Shown piece by piece: positions 10,807 through 21,322 of a stretch of DNA of 64,000 nucleotides. A program made the position numbers and the translations under genes. Positions within the stretch are counted from its first letter, which is position 1; every line of letters starts with the position of its first letter. This DNA comes from an uncultured Gammaproteobacteria bacterium (lineage in GTDB: Bacteria; Pseudomonadota; Gammaproteobacteria; JBBQDK01): positions 463,766 through 527,765 of the forward strand of contig CAVZVG010000003.1 in assembly GCA_963778665.1 (NCBI GenBank), given 5' to 3'. The notes below the pieces were generated by a model. The model was not told the DNA's origin. It did no database searches and saw only the letters and a list, made by a program, of their open reading frames with translations.

Positions 10807-11876
10807 CGCGATCCGCCGAGGCGCGCATCGACCTCTCCGCACTGCGACATAATTTCCAACGAGTACGTCAGAGCGCGCCGACCAGCCGCGTGATGGCGGT
10901 GATCAAGGCCAATGCCTACGGGCATGGCATGGTGCGTGTGGCGCAGGCGCTGGATGATGCCGATGCCTTTGCCGTGGCGCGGCTCGATGAAGCGCTGAGC
11001 TTGCGGGCTGCCGGCGTCAAGCAAGCTATCGTGCTGCTGGAAGGCTTCTCCAGTGCCGACGAGTTGATGCCATTGGTGCAATTCGGTCTCGAAACCGTCG
11101 TGCACAACGACGCTCAGATAGCACTGCTCGAGCAGAGCCGCACTCTCAAACCCATTCCCGTCTGGCTGAAGATCGATACCGGCATGCACCGGCTGGGTTT
11201 CGCGCCCGACAAGGTCGCCGCCGCGTGGCAGCGCTTGCAGGCCTGCGACGCCGTCGCCAAACCGATCCGGTTCATGACCCACTTCGCCAATGCCGATCTG
11301 CGCGGTGACGCGCGCAACGCCGCGCAGATCGCGCAATTCACCGCCGCGCTCGCCGATCAGCCGGGCGAACGCTCCAGCGCCAATTCCGCCGCCATTCTGT
11401 CGCTGCCGGAAACCCACGCCGATTGGGTGCGGCCCGGGATCATGCTCTATGGCGTGTCACCGTTCACCGACGGTCGCGCGCAGGACGAGGATCTGCGCCC
11501 CGTGATGACACTCACCGCACAACTCATCGCCGTCAACCGACACCGCAAAGGCGACGCGATCGGTTACGGAGGCGAGTGGGAGTGCCCCGAAGACATGCCG
11601 GTCGGCGTCGCCGCCATCGGCTACGGCGACGGTTATCCGCGCCACGCGCACGCCGGCACGCCGGTACTGATCGACGGCGTGCGCGTCCCGCTGATCGGGC
11701 GTGTCTCGATGGACATGATCACGCTGGATCTGCGCGCCCGGCCGAATACGGAAATCGGTGCGTCGGTGGTGTTGTGGGGAGAAGGGCTGCCGGTGGAGGA
11801 GATTGCCGAATGCGCGGGGACTATCGCGTATCAGTTGCTGTGTGGGGTGAGTGCGCGGGTGAGAAGTAGTTATTGA
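10803..11876 (+). CDS. alr: Alanine racemase
   Basis: AVIKANAYGHG PLP lysine, DTGMHRLG, IGYGDGY, GRVSMD; ATGA overlap with dnaB. Confidence 0.97.
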   Translation: MTRSAEARIDLSALRHNFQRVRQSAPTSRVMAVIKANAYGHGMVRVAQALDDADAFAVARLDEALSLRAAGVKQAIVLLEGFSSADELMPLVQFGLETVVHNDAQIALLEQSRTLKPIPVWLKIDTGMHRLGFAPDKVAAAWQRLQACDAVAKPIRFMTHFANADLRGDARNAAQIAQFTAALADQPGERSSANSAAILSLPETHADWVRPGIMLYGVSPFTDGRAQDEDLRPVMTLTAQLIAVNRHRKGDAIGYGGEWECPEDMPVGVAAIGYGDGYPRHAHAGTPVLIDGVRVPLIGRVSMDMITLDLRARPNTEIGASVVLWGEGLPVEEIAECAGTIAYQLLCGVSARVRSSY

Positions 11877-11902
11877 GTCTTGGGGTAAGTGCTGTAGCAA
11901 GT

Positions 11903-12213
11903 GTAGCCTGGGTTGAGCGATAGCGAAACCCGGGTTTCACTCCGTTCAACCCAGGCTACATCTGTAGTCATTCCGCTGATGCATTGTCTTCAAATCTGTT
12001 TGGAACTTAAACCATAAGACCGATATCCGCGCAGTTTGTAAGACCGTTCCTTCTCCCTCAGGGAGAAGGACAGGATGAGGGGTTATATAATCCCCCTCAC
12101 CCCAACCCTCTCCCGGAAGGAGAGGGGGAAGCCGTCATCATGGTACTTTACAGCAAGTAGCCTGGGTTGAGCGCCAGCGAAACCCGGGTTTCACTCCGTT
12201 CAACCCAGGCTAC
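11903..12213. repeat. Composite repeat cluster: two family-A REP palindromes (11903-11959, 12157-12213) around a CCCTCTCCC-type doublet (about 12047-12130)
   Basis: Direct duplication of the REP plus part of its downstream flank (GGCTACATCTGT.GTCAT.CCGCTG) with a different palindrome family between. Confidence 0.85.
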
Positions 12214-12327
12214 ATCTGTCGTCATACCGCTGTCGTTTGGTCTTTCATTTTGTTTGACGTTCTAAGCTTCGATCCCTGTGAAAGTAGGGATCAGGTAGGT
12301 TGCTAGAACAACCGCAACTGCCCATCA

Positions 12328-13375
12328 TCAGGCGCCGTGAACTGCGTGCAGTCGAGCGGCGGTGTGCCGCTGAAACCCGAGCCGCTGATATGCCAGCTTG
12401 AAACGTTTGCGCAGCAGTTCCGCGAAAATGCCGGTGCCGCGCATGCGGGTGCCGAAGCGTGCGTCGTAGTCTTCGCCGCCGCGGCAGTCGCGCAGGCGGT
12501 TCATGACATGCTCGGCCTTGAGCGGTTCGTGTTGGGCCAGCCAGTCGCGGAACATCTCTTTGAGTTCATGCGGCAGGCGCAGCAGGACGTAAGCTGCATC
12601 CTGTGCGCCGGCGGCACGCGCCTGTTCGAGCAGGGTTTCGAGTTCGCTGTCGGTGAGTACCGGAATCAGCGGCGCGACCAGTACGGTCACCGGAATACCC
12701 GCTTGCGAGAGCGTGCGGATCGTTTCCAGTCGCCGGGCGGGTGATGCGGCGCGCGGTTCCATGCGGCGCGCCAGGGCGGCATCGAGCGTGGTCAGCGAGA
12801 CGGCGACCTCGGCTTGCCGGCGCGCCGCCGCTGTGGCGATCAGATCGATGTCGCGTTCGATGAGCGCCGATTTGGTGACGATGGAAAACGGATGCTGCGC
12901 GGCCACCAGCACTTCGAGGATGGCGCGCGTCAGGCCCAGTTTGCGTTCCGACGGTTGATACGCATCGGTGTTGATGCCGACGGCAATCGGTGCGCAACGG
13001 TAGTTGCGTGCCGCCAGTTCTTGCTTGAGCTGCAGCGGGTGCATCGGGCTTGTAGAACAGTCTGGTTTCGAAATCCAGACCCGGCGACAGGCCGAGCCAG
13101 GCATGCGTGGGCCGGGCGAAACAATAGACGCAGCCGTGCTCGCAGCCGCGGTAGGGATTGATGGAGCGATCGAAGCCGACGTCGGGTGAATCGTTGTAGC
13201 TGATGACTGTGCGGCTGGTGTCGATCGTGAGCGTGGTGGGTGGTACATCGACCGGTAGTTCGAGATTGTCCCAGCCGTCATCGATATCCTCGCGGGAATA
13301 GGCCGAGTAGCGATTGTCCGGACTGAAGCTGGCGCCCCGGCCCTTGTGGACATGACGTGGTGTGCGGGAAGACAT
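12328..13375 (-). CDS. PA0069-family radical SAM protein (frameshifted near 13040, likely sequencing error)
   Basis: SINPYRGCEHGCVYCFARPTH (CxxxCxxC) in the 5' frame; NTDAYQPSE..TKSALIERD..LRLPHE in the 3' frame. Confidence 0.9.
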
Positions 13376-13506
13376 GGGTGGATTTTAGCAGGGCGGGAGA
13401 GTTGTGGAAGTGGCTCGTGATAATATGCCGCACGATCACTCCCTCTCCTTTCGGGAGACGGGGACTTTTCGTTTTCAATTTGTTGAGAAGGATCTGATCT
13501 ATGACT

Positions 13507-13598
13507 TGAACCGCTGATGACGCCAAGTCGGCGCCATGAAATGGGGCGCGGAATAGCAAGCATTAATCTTGGCGTTCTTGGCGTCCTTAGGCGGTTGA
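13507..13598. repeat. Degenerate CGCCAAG-type inverted repeat
   Basis: TGAACCGC..GACGCCAAG...CTTGGCGTTCTTGGCGTCCTTAGGCGGTTGA; resembles the element at 49565-49646. Confidence 0.6.
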
Positions 13599-13639
13599 TG
13601 GCTTTTTTCAGATCTTCCTTAACTGTGCGGGGAGCCCAC

Positions 13640-15004
13640 TTGGCCAAATCAAAAACTCTCTACGCCTGCACCGAATGCGGCGCCCAGGCCACCAAGTGGG
13701 CGGGGCAGTGCGCGGACTGCGGGGCGTGGAATACGCTGGTGGAAACCATCGCCGAGGCGGCGAGCACCGGGCGCAGTGCGCGCTTTGCGGGTTATGGTCA
13801 GGCCGGCGATGCGCGGGTGCAGAATCTGACGGATGTCGCGCCCGATGCCGCGGTGCGGGTGCCGACCACCATCGGCGAACTGGACCGCGTGTTGGGCGGC
13901 GGGCTGGTGCCGGGTTCGGTGGTGTTGCTGGGTGGCGACCCTGGCATCGGCAAATCCACGGTGCTGCTGCAGACGCTGGCCGGACTGGTGCCGCGCCTTT
14001 CCAATCTCTACGTCACCGGCGAGGAATCATTGCAGCAGGTGTCGCTGCGCGCACAGCGTCTGGGGGTGCCCGGCGAGCGGATCTTCATGCTTACCGAGAC
14101 CTCGGTGGAACGCATTCTGGCGCAGGCGCAGCAACTGCGTCCGCAGGTGATGGTCATCGATTCAATTCAGACCGTTTACACGGAACTGCTGCAATCGGCG
14201 CCGGGCGGTGTGGCGCAGGTGCGCGAGAGTGCGGCGCAACTGGTGCGTTACGCCAAGCAGACCGGCACGGCTCTGTTCCTCGTCGGCCATGTCACCAAGG
14301 AAGGCATGCTGGCCGGGCCGCGCGTGCTCGAACACATGGTCGATACGGTGTTGTATTTCGAAGGCGATCCGGATTCGCGCTACCGCGTGATCCGCGCGGT
14401 GAAGAACCGCTTCGGCGCGGTAAATGAACTCGGCGTATTCGCCATGACCGAAAAGGGCCTGCGCGAAGTCGCCAATCCTTCGGCGATTTTTCTCTCGCGT
14501 CACGAACAGCCGGTACCGGGCAGCGTGATCATGGTCACGCGCGAAGGCAGTCGGCCGATGCTGATCGAAGTGCAGGCGCTGGTGGACGAAAGTCATGGTT
14601 CCAATCCGCGCCGCGTCACGCTGGGTCTGGAACAGAATCGCCTGGCCATGTTGCTTGCGGTGCTGCATCGGCACGGCGGCATCGTCACCTACGATCAGGA
14701 TGTGTTCGTGAATGTGGTCGGTGGCATGCGCATCAGCGAGACCGGGGCGGACCTTGCCGTGCTGCTCGCGGTGCTGTCGAGTCTGCGCAGCCGGCCGCTG
14801 CCGGCGGACCTGATCGCGTTCGGTGAAGTGGGGCTGGCCGGCGAGATCCGGCCGGTGCAGAACGGTCAGGAGCGTCTGCGCGAAGCGGCCAAGCATGGTT
14901 TCAAACACGCCATCGTTCCCAAGGCCAACGCCCCAAAAGGCGGGATAGAGGGCATGGACATCAGGGCGGTGAGCCGATTGGATGAGGCCTTGCAGCAGCT
15001 TTGA
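13640..15004 (+). CDS. radA: DNA repair protein RadA/Sms
   Basis: C4 zinc finger (CTECG..WAGQCADC), GDPGIGKST, KNRFG; TTG start after GGAG. Confidence 0.98.
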   Translation: MAKSKTLYACTECGAQATKWAGQCADCGAWNTLVETIAEAASTGRSARFAGYGQAGDARVQNLTDVAPDAAVRVPTTIGELDRVLGGGLVPGSVVLLGGDPGIGKSTVLLQTLAGLVPRLSNLYVTGEESLQQVSLRAQRLGVPGERIFMLTETSVERILAQAQQLRPQVMVIDSIQTVYTELLQSAPGGVAQVRESAAQLVRYAKQTGTALFLVGHVTKEGMLAGPRVLEHMVDTVLYFEGDPDSRYRVIRAVKNRFGAVNELGVFAMTEKGLREVANPSAIFLSRHEQPVPGSVIMVTREGSRPMLIEVQALVDESHGSNPRRVTLGLEQNRLAMLLAVLHRHGGIVTYDQDVFVNVVGGMRISETGADLAVLLAVLSSLRSRPLPADLIAFGEVGLAGEIRPVQNGQERLREAAKHGFKHAIVPKANAPKGGIEGMDIRAVSRLDEALQQL

Positions 15005-15041
15005 ATGCCGGATGCGCCGCAGGTCCGGCGCAGCGGTTTGG

Positions 15042-16043
15042 TTATTCCTTGCCCGACAGTTCGCGTTCCAGCAGATCCGGATCGCCGAGGTTGAGTTCGA
15101 TCAGTCGCCGCAGGTGCGTGATGCTGTCGATGTCGATGTGCTCGCAGTGCAGGCCGATGCGATCCGCCTGGACATGCACGACGGTGACGTCCATGCGGAT
15201 AAGGGCCTGATCATCGTCGAGCAGCAGTTCCAGTAAATAACGTTCACCCTTGGCGCCCTCCCAATCGGCGGGGCGTGCGATCAACGCGCCTTTCAGCGCA
15301 ATATCGATCAGTTGTGTCTGCCACACCATGGTCTCGCTGCGCAGATAGGCCTGCACGTCGAAGCTGATACGACTGTGATGACGCAGAGCCGCGCTGTCGG
15401 GCGGAGCCCTGTGTGTGACCGGGACGTTGACCGCCTGATCCATGAAAAACTGCAGGCGCAATTCGCCGCATTCGATGATCGCGCCTTCGTTCAAGGTCCG
15501 GTCGCCGGTGTCGAGTGGCTGTCCGTCGAGACGACAGTCGCCATGTTCGAGTGCGACTATCTGGTAACGGCCGTCGGCGTGGCTGATCAACGCACTCGGC
15601 ATGCCGGGCTTGCCGATGCGGTGCTGATCGTGTTCGATGGGAAAGGCGCGGCCGAGATGCGGGCCACTCAGAACCTGCAGCCAGCCGACGCGTGGCGGCG
15701 TGGCGGCTGTGGCAACTGCCGGGGCATCGCCTGCCGACGGGATAAGCGCGGCCGATTCATCGAGGCTCAGTTTGAGGGTGTGTTTGCCGATCTGGATCTG
15801 ATCGCCATCCTGCAGTGACTGTTCGCTGACCGGTTTGTGATTGACCAGAACGTTACCGGTGTTGCAAAGATCATAGAGGGTGAGTTGGCGGTCGTGCAGG
15901 TTGAGACGGACATGGTGCGGCTCGATGGCAAGACTGTCGATCTGCAGTGCGCAGTCCGGATCCCGTCCAATGTAGCTGTCACCCTCGGTCAGGTGATGTA
16001 TGTTGAGAAGCTTGCCTCTGAACAACAGGGTCAGTTTGAACAC
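15042..16043 (-). CDS. Tandem FHA-like domains fused to a C-terminal PilZ domain
   Basis: IGRDPDCALQID..HH..LVN..LQDGDQIQIGK (FHA); second FHA-like repeat WLQVLSGPHLGR..IGKPG; PilZ RHHSR, DIALKG, HIDIDSITHLRRLIELNLGD. Confidence 0.8.
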   Translation of the reverse strand: MFKLTLLFRGKLLNIHHLTEGDSYIGRDPDCALQIDSLAIEPHHVRLNLHDRQLTLYDLCNTGNVLVNHKPVSEQSLQDGDQIQIGKHTLKLSLDESAALIPSAGDAPAVATAATPPRVGWLQVLSGPHLGRAFPIEHDQHRIGKPGMPSALISHADGRYQIVALEHGDCRLDGQPLDTGDRTLNEGAIIECGELRLQFFMDQAVNVPVTHRAPPDSAALRHHSRISFDVQAYLRSETMVWQTQLIDIALKGALIARPADWEGAKGERYLLELLLDDDQALIRMDVTVVHVQADRIGLHCEHIDIDSITHLRRLIELNLGDPDLLERELSGKE

Positions 16044-16146
16044 CTGTTCACCTTGATCGTGGGGTAGTCTGCGGGCGATTATAACGGGTTATAGCGTTGA
16101 TACAATGCGAACTGCCGCACGATTGGGTGTTTTCCGTGCCGTGTGC

Positions 16147-17440
16147 TCATTTGTGCTGCGTATCCTGTCCGGGTGGTTCCTTGCGCAGCGGTTGCGAAAC
16201 GCGCGCGGTCTTCACGGCATTGTCCTTGACCTGGATGATCTCCACGGGATGACCGGCGAGCAGCATGCTGGTGCCGGGCTCGGGTATCGATTCGAGGTAT
16301 TCCAGGATCAGACCATTGAGGGTTTTCGGGCCATCGGTGGGCAAGCGCCAGTTGAGGTGCCGGTTGAGTGTGCGCAGGCTGGCGCTGCCGTCGATGAGAT
16401 AACTGCCGTCGTCCTGCAGGTGCACGTCTTTGATGTGCGAGGTCGGGTCGGTGGTGAATTCGCCGACGATTTCTTCCAGGATATCTTCGAGTGTCGCCAG
16501 GCCGCGGATATCGCCGTATTCGTTCACCACCAGGCCGATGCGGCGCTTCTCGCGCTGGAAATTCAGCAGTTGGGTGTTGAGCGGGGTGTTTTCCGGAATA
16601 TAGTGCGCCTCGCGTACCAGGGTGATGAGATCGTCATGCGTGAACTCGCCGCGGATAAGCATTTCCAGTGCATAACGCAGATGCAGAAAGCCGAGCACAT
16701 TGTCGATGCTCTCGCGGTACACGGGCAGGCGCGTGTACTGGCTGCCGGTGAGCTGACTGCGGATGGTGGCGATGTCGTCGTCGAGATCGATGCCGGCGAT
16801 ATCATTGCGTGGCACCATGATGTCCTCGACCGTGACCTTTTCCAGGTCGAGGATGTTGAGCAGCATCTTTTGATGTCGGCGCGGGATCAATGCGCCGGCC
16901 TCGATGACCACCGTGCGCAATTCCTCCGAGCTCAGCGCCTGACTGGCGGCATCATCGGTGGAGATGCCTATCCCTTTGAGCAGCCACTTGGACAGCAGGT
17001 TCACCGCGGTGACCACCGGCGCGAACACCCGCATCAGCGGCTTGATGACGTACGAGGCGGGGAAGGCGAAACGCTCGGGATCCAGGGCCGCCAGCGTTTT
17101 CGGGGTGACCTCGCCGAAGATCAGCAATACCAGGGTGAGCAGCGCCGGCGGCGATGGCGATGCCGGCTTCGCCGGACATGCGCAGGCCGATCACGGTGGC
17201 GACAGAGGAGGCCAGGACGTTGATGAAATTATTGCAGAGCAGGATCAGGCCGATGAGGCGGTCCGGGGTTTCCAGCAGTTTACTGGCGCGTTGCGCGCCC
17301 GGGTGTTTGGCCTTGGCCAGATGACGCAGGCGATAACGGTTCAGCGTCATCAGACCGGTTTCGGAGCCGGAAAAGAACGCCGACAGCAGGATCAGGATGA
17401 ACAGCGCACCGAACAGGGCGCTCAAGGGGATACTGTTCAA
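16147..17440 (-). CDS. HlyC/CorC (CNNM-CBS-CorC) family transporter, YfjD-like (frameshift near 17140)
   Basis: LSAFFSGSETG, IFGEVTPK, DIMVPR, VVNEYGDIRGLATLEDILEEIVGE, PKTLNGLILE. Confidence 0.9.
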
Positions 17441-17546
17441 ACGTTGTGTGCCTCGTTACGGAGAAGTCCGGTCATCGTTGCCTTGTGAGTTGGCTGCGGC
17501 GTGCGATTCATGAATGCCGGCACGCCGCTTGCGGTCGGCGGCCGAA

Positions 17547-18362
17547 TCAGTAGGCCCGGTGCAGTACCAGTTCAAAGACCATCTTGGTGCCGAAGTAGGC
17601 CAGCATCAGCAGGACGAATCCGCTCAAGGTGTAGCGTATGGCGATGCGGCCGCGCCAGCCATAGCGCTGCCGTCCCCACAGCAGGACGGCGAATACCAGC
17701 CAGGCGACGATCGACAGGATGGTTTTGTGCGCCAGATGCTGGGCAAAGATGTCCTTCAGGAAAATGATGCCGGACAACAGGGCCAGGCTCAGCATCACGA
17801 AGCCGATGGCGATCATCCGGAACAACAGAATTTCCATGGTCTGCAGCGGCGGCAGCACGCGGATGAAACCGCCGGGGTGTCGATTGCGCAGGTGATGGTC
17901 CTGAATCGCTAGCAGGATGGCCTGCAGGGCGGCGATGCTGAGCAGGCTGTAGGCCAGCACGGAAATCAGGATGTGGGCGTCGAGTTCCAGGGGATTGCGC
18001 GAATGCACCAGATGCTGGCTGGTGAACAGTCTGTCAAGACCGAGCGTCAATGCGGCCAGGGGCAGCAGCACGATACCGAGATTTTCCACCGGTTGCCGGG
18101 TGGCGGCGAGCAGCAGCAACAGCGCCATCAGCCAGCCGATCAGCGAGGCGGCGTTGAAGATGCCGAGATTGAGTCCGCCCCGAGTGAGAATGCCGTTATA
18201 GAGCAGCGCGGCGTGAAGAATCACGGCGCCCAGCCCCAGCGTCAGGATGGCGGTTTTCGCGGCGGGCGTGCTTTCAACACCGCGCCACAGCGGCATCGCC
18301 AGCAACAGCCCGGACACGATGTATAAACAAATTGCGAAGATGCCGATAACGGAGATGGGCAT
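17547..18362 (-). CDS. ypjD: Cytochrome c assembly family inner membrane protein (YpjD-like)
   Basis: Multi-TM protein; LPPLQTME, AHKTILS, GWRGR, LAYFG motifs; upstream of the CorC-family gene. Confidence 0.85.
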   Translation of the reverse strand: MPISVIGIFAICLYIVSGLLLAMPLWRGVESTPAAKTAILTLGLGAVILHAALLYNGILTRGGLNLGIFNAASLIGWLMALLLLLAATRQPVENLGIVLLPLAALTLGLDRLFTSQHLVHSRNPLELDAHILISVLAYSLLSIAALQAILLAIQDHHLRNRHPGGFIRVLPPLQTMEILLFRMIAIGFVMLSLALLSGIIFLKDIFAQHLAHKTILSIVAWLVFAVLLWGRQRYGWRGRIAIRYTLSGFVLLMLAYFGTKMVFELVLHRAY

Positions 18363-18573
18363 GGTCCATGACTTTTCTGTGAGCATGGGCATCATGGCAT
18401 AACTGGGCGGGGTGGTGAAGCACCTCCTGACACGATATATGACTCTATTGTTGAAATCGGAACGCTTTTTAGGCACTGTGAGTGACGCAGTTGGCAGCGC
18501 TTGCGCACAATTGCAGCTACCGTACCGGTTATGCGGGGCTGTGCGGGCAGGAATCGAGAGGGATTAACGCACC

Positions 18574-19338
18574 ATGCGTATCCGGGTGTTAGGTTGCAGT
18601 GGCGGGATAGGCGTTGGGTTGCGGACCACGTCATTGCTCGTGGATGACGATATTCTGATCGATGCCGGTACCGGCGTCGGCGATCTGACGCTGGATGAAA
18701 TGGCCGGCATCCGTCATATCTTCGTGACCCACTCCCATCTGGACCACATCGCCGGCATTCCACTGCTGGTGGACAGCATCTTCGATCGCATCAAGACGCC
18801 GATCACCATCCATGCCCAGGCGCCGACCTTGGAGGCATTGCGCTCGCACGTTTTCAACTGGGTGATCTGGCCGGACTTCACGCGCTTGCCCACGGCGCAG
18901 GACCCGGTCCTGTGCTATGAGCTGATGACCCCCGGCTCGACCCTGCAGTTGGCGGGCCGCAGTATCGAAATGATACCGGTGCAGCATATCGTGCCGGGCG
19001 TGGGCTATCGCCTCGCTACGGACGGCAAGTCCTTCGCCTTCAGCGGCGATACCTGCACCAACGACAGTTTCTGGGCGGCGCTGAACCGGCATGACAGCCT
19101 TGACCTGCTGATCGTCGAATGCGCCTTCGCCAACGATTCCCGGGAACTGTCGCGCCTTGCCGCGCATTACTGCCCGAGTCTGCTGGCGGCGGATATGGTC
19201 AAGCTGACACACCGGCCGGCCGTGCACCTTACGCATCTCAAACCCGGTTCCGAAGACGCCATCGTCAGCGAATGCCGCACCGCGCTGGTGGATCGCGATC
19301 CGCAACGCCTGTTCGGCGGCGAAGTGTTCACGCTATAA
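18574..19338 (+). CDS. Metallo-beta-lactamase-fold 3',5'-cyclic-nucleotide phosphodiesterase (class II-like)
   Basis: VLGCSGGIG, LIDAGTG, THSHLDHI, FNWVIWPDF, SGDT, THLKPG. Confidence 0.8.
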   Translation: MRIRVLGCSGGIGVGLRTTSLLVDDDILIDAGTGVGDLTLDEMAGIRHIFVTHSHLDHIAGIPLLVDSIFDRIKTPITIHAQAPTLEALRSHVFNWVIWPDFTRLPTAQDPVLCYELMTPGSTLQLAGRSIEMIPVQHIVPGVGYRLATDGKSFAFSGDTCTNDSFWAALNRHDSLDLLIVECAFANDSRELSRLAAHYCPSLLAADMVKLTHRPAVHLTHLKPGSEDAIVSECRTALVDRDPQRLFGGEVFTL

Positions 19339-19455
19339 TCCCGCCCTTGGCAGCGCAGGGCCCGCATCACGGGTCTGACGATGCCACCTTAAAATGGCGC
19401 TTGATACGCGCCCTACGTTATTTCTCCTGATCGCCACCAATCAAGATGCCGAACC

Positions 19456-20814
19456 ATGTTTGAGAATCTCACGGAACGTCTGACACGCACGCTCAAGACC
19501 TTGCGCGGTCAGGGGCGTCTCACCGACCAGAACATTCAGGACAGCCTGCGCGAAGTGCGCATGGCGCTGCTGGAGGCGGATGTGGCGTTGCCGGTGGTGC
19601 GCGAGTTCATCGATCGCGTGAAGGCCCGCGCCGTCGGTCAGGAAGTGATGCAGAGTCTGACACCGGGTCAGGCGCTGGTGAAGGTGGTGCGCGATGAGCT
19701 CATCCTTATCATGGGCGAGCACAGCGATGAGCTGAACCTGACAGCGGTACCGCCGGCGGTGATCCTGGTGGCCGGACTGCAGGGCTCGGGCAAGACCACC
19801 AGTGTCGCCAAGCTGGCGCGCTGGCTCAAGGAGCGCAAAAAGAAATCCGTGCTGGTGGCGAGTTGCGACGTGTATCGTCCGGCGGCCATCGAGCAATTGA
19901 AGACACTGGCCGGTGAAGTCGGCGCCACGTTTTTCCCCAGCGATATCACTCAGGACCCCGTAAATATCGCCCGCAATGCCATCGATCAGGCGCGTTTGCA
20001 ATTCGCCGACGTCGTCATCATCGACACCGCCGGCCGCTTGCATGTCGATGCCGAGATGATGGACGAGATCAAACGGCTGCACGCCGCGATCAATCCCGTC
20101 GAGACCCTGTTCGTGGTCGACAGCATGACCGGCCAGGATGCCGCCAATACCGCGCGCGCCTTCCATGACGCTCTGCCGCTCACCGGTGTGGTGCTCACCA
20201 AGACCGACGGCGATGCGCGCGGTGGTGCCGCCTTGTCGATCCGTCACATCACCGGTGCACCGATCAAATTCCTGGGCGTGGGCGAGAAGACCGGCGCATT
20301 GGAGCCCTTCCATCCCGACCGCATGGCGACCCGTATTCTGGGCATGGGCGATATCCTGAGCCTGGTGGAGGAGGCCGAGCACACGCTCGACAAGGACAAG
20401 GCCATGCAGATGGCCGACAAGCTCAAGAAGGGCAAGGGCTTCGACCTGGAGGATTTCCGCGAGCAACTCCTGCAGATGAGCAAAATGGGTGGCATGGCCG
20501 GCCTGCTCGACAAGCTGCCGGGAGGCATGGCCCTGCCGCAGGCCGCCAAGAGCCAGATCAACGACAAGGAAATGGGGCGGCTGGTGGCCATCATCAATTC
20601 CATGACCCGGAAGGAGCGACAGTTTCCCGACATCATCAACGGTTCGCGCCGCCGCCGCATCGCCGGGGGTTCCGGGACCCAGGTCCAGGACGTCAATCGT
20701 TTACTCAAGCAATTCACGCAGATGCAGAAAATGATGAAGAAAATGGCCAAGGGCGGGCTGAAGAATATGCTGCGCGGACTGGGCGGGCGGATGCCGACTG
20801 GGAGGCCTTTTTAA
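19456..20814 (+). CDS. ffh: Signal recognition particle protein
   Basis: GLQGSGKTT, DTAGR, TKTDGDARGG, Met-rich M domain. Confidence 0.99.
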   Translation: MFENLTERLTRTLKTLRGQGRLTDQNIQDSLREVRMALLEADVALPVVREFIDRVKARAVGQEVMQSLTPGQALVKVVRDELILIMGEHSDELNLTAVPPAVILVAGLQGSGKTTSVAKLARWLKERKKKSVLVASCDVYRPAAIEQLKTLAGEVGATFFPSDITQDPVNIARNAIDQARLQFADVVIIDTAGRLHVDAEMMDEIKRLHAAINPVETLFVVDSMTGQDAANTARAFHDALPLTGVVLTKTDGDARGGAALSIRHITGAPIKFLGVGEKTGALEPFHPDRMATRILGMGDILSLVEEAEHTLDKDKAMQMADKLKKGKGFDLEDFREQLLQMSKMGGMAGLLDKLPGGMALPQAAKSQINDKEMGRLVAIINSMTRKERQFPDIINGSRRRRIAGGSGTQVQDVNRLLKQFTQMQKMMKKMAKGGLKNMLRGLGGRMPTGRPF

Positions 20815-20816
20815 TC

Positions 20817-20898
20817 AGTAGCGAGGGCCAAGTAGCGAGCAGCGAGGGACAGCATCAAGCCCCGGTCGCTCGCTACTCGCCACTGAGCCCTCGCCACT
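20817..20898. repeat. Inverted array of 7-bp units (AGTAGCG-like)
   Basis: AGTAGCG-AGGGCCA-AGTAGCG-AGCAGCG mirrored by CTCGCTA-CTCGCCA-CTGAGCC-CTCGCCA. Confidence 0.75.
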
Positions 20899-21023
20899 TC
20901 CTGCTGCTTCGAAGTAAAATCTTCTTCCAGTCAGCCGCTTTCTCCTATAGAATTCGCCGCTTATCCGCGCAGGCCCGCAAGGCCGTGTGCCTTGCTTATG
21001 GAAGTTAAGAGGATTTCAGTCTC

Positions 21024-21278
21024 ATGGTCACAATTCGTCTCAGCCGCAGTGGCGCCAAGAAGCGTCCTTTCTATCACATCGTGGTGACCGACAGTCGCCA
21101 GCGTCGTGATGGCAATTACCTCGAGCGCATCGGCTTTTTCAATCCGGGCGCGGTGGGCGGCGAAGAAAAGCTGCGCGTCGACGATGCCCGCGTCGCGTAT
21201 TGGACAGGTCATGGCGCGCAGCCTTCCGAGCGCGTTGCCAGTCTGTTGCGTCAGCATCAGAAGCAGCAGGCCGCTTGA
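21024..21278 (+). CDS. rpsP: 30S ribosomal protein S16
   Basis: [25 protein letters not shown]. Confidence 0.99.
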   Translation: MVTIRLSRSGAKKRPFYHIVVTDSRQRRDGNYLERIGFFNPGAVGGEEKLRVDDARVAYWTGHGAQPSERVASLLRQHQKQQAA

Positions 21279-21322
21279 TAGCGGTCTGATCGGCCGGCTT
21301 GGGTTGCCGGCAGGAAAACGCA

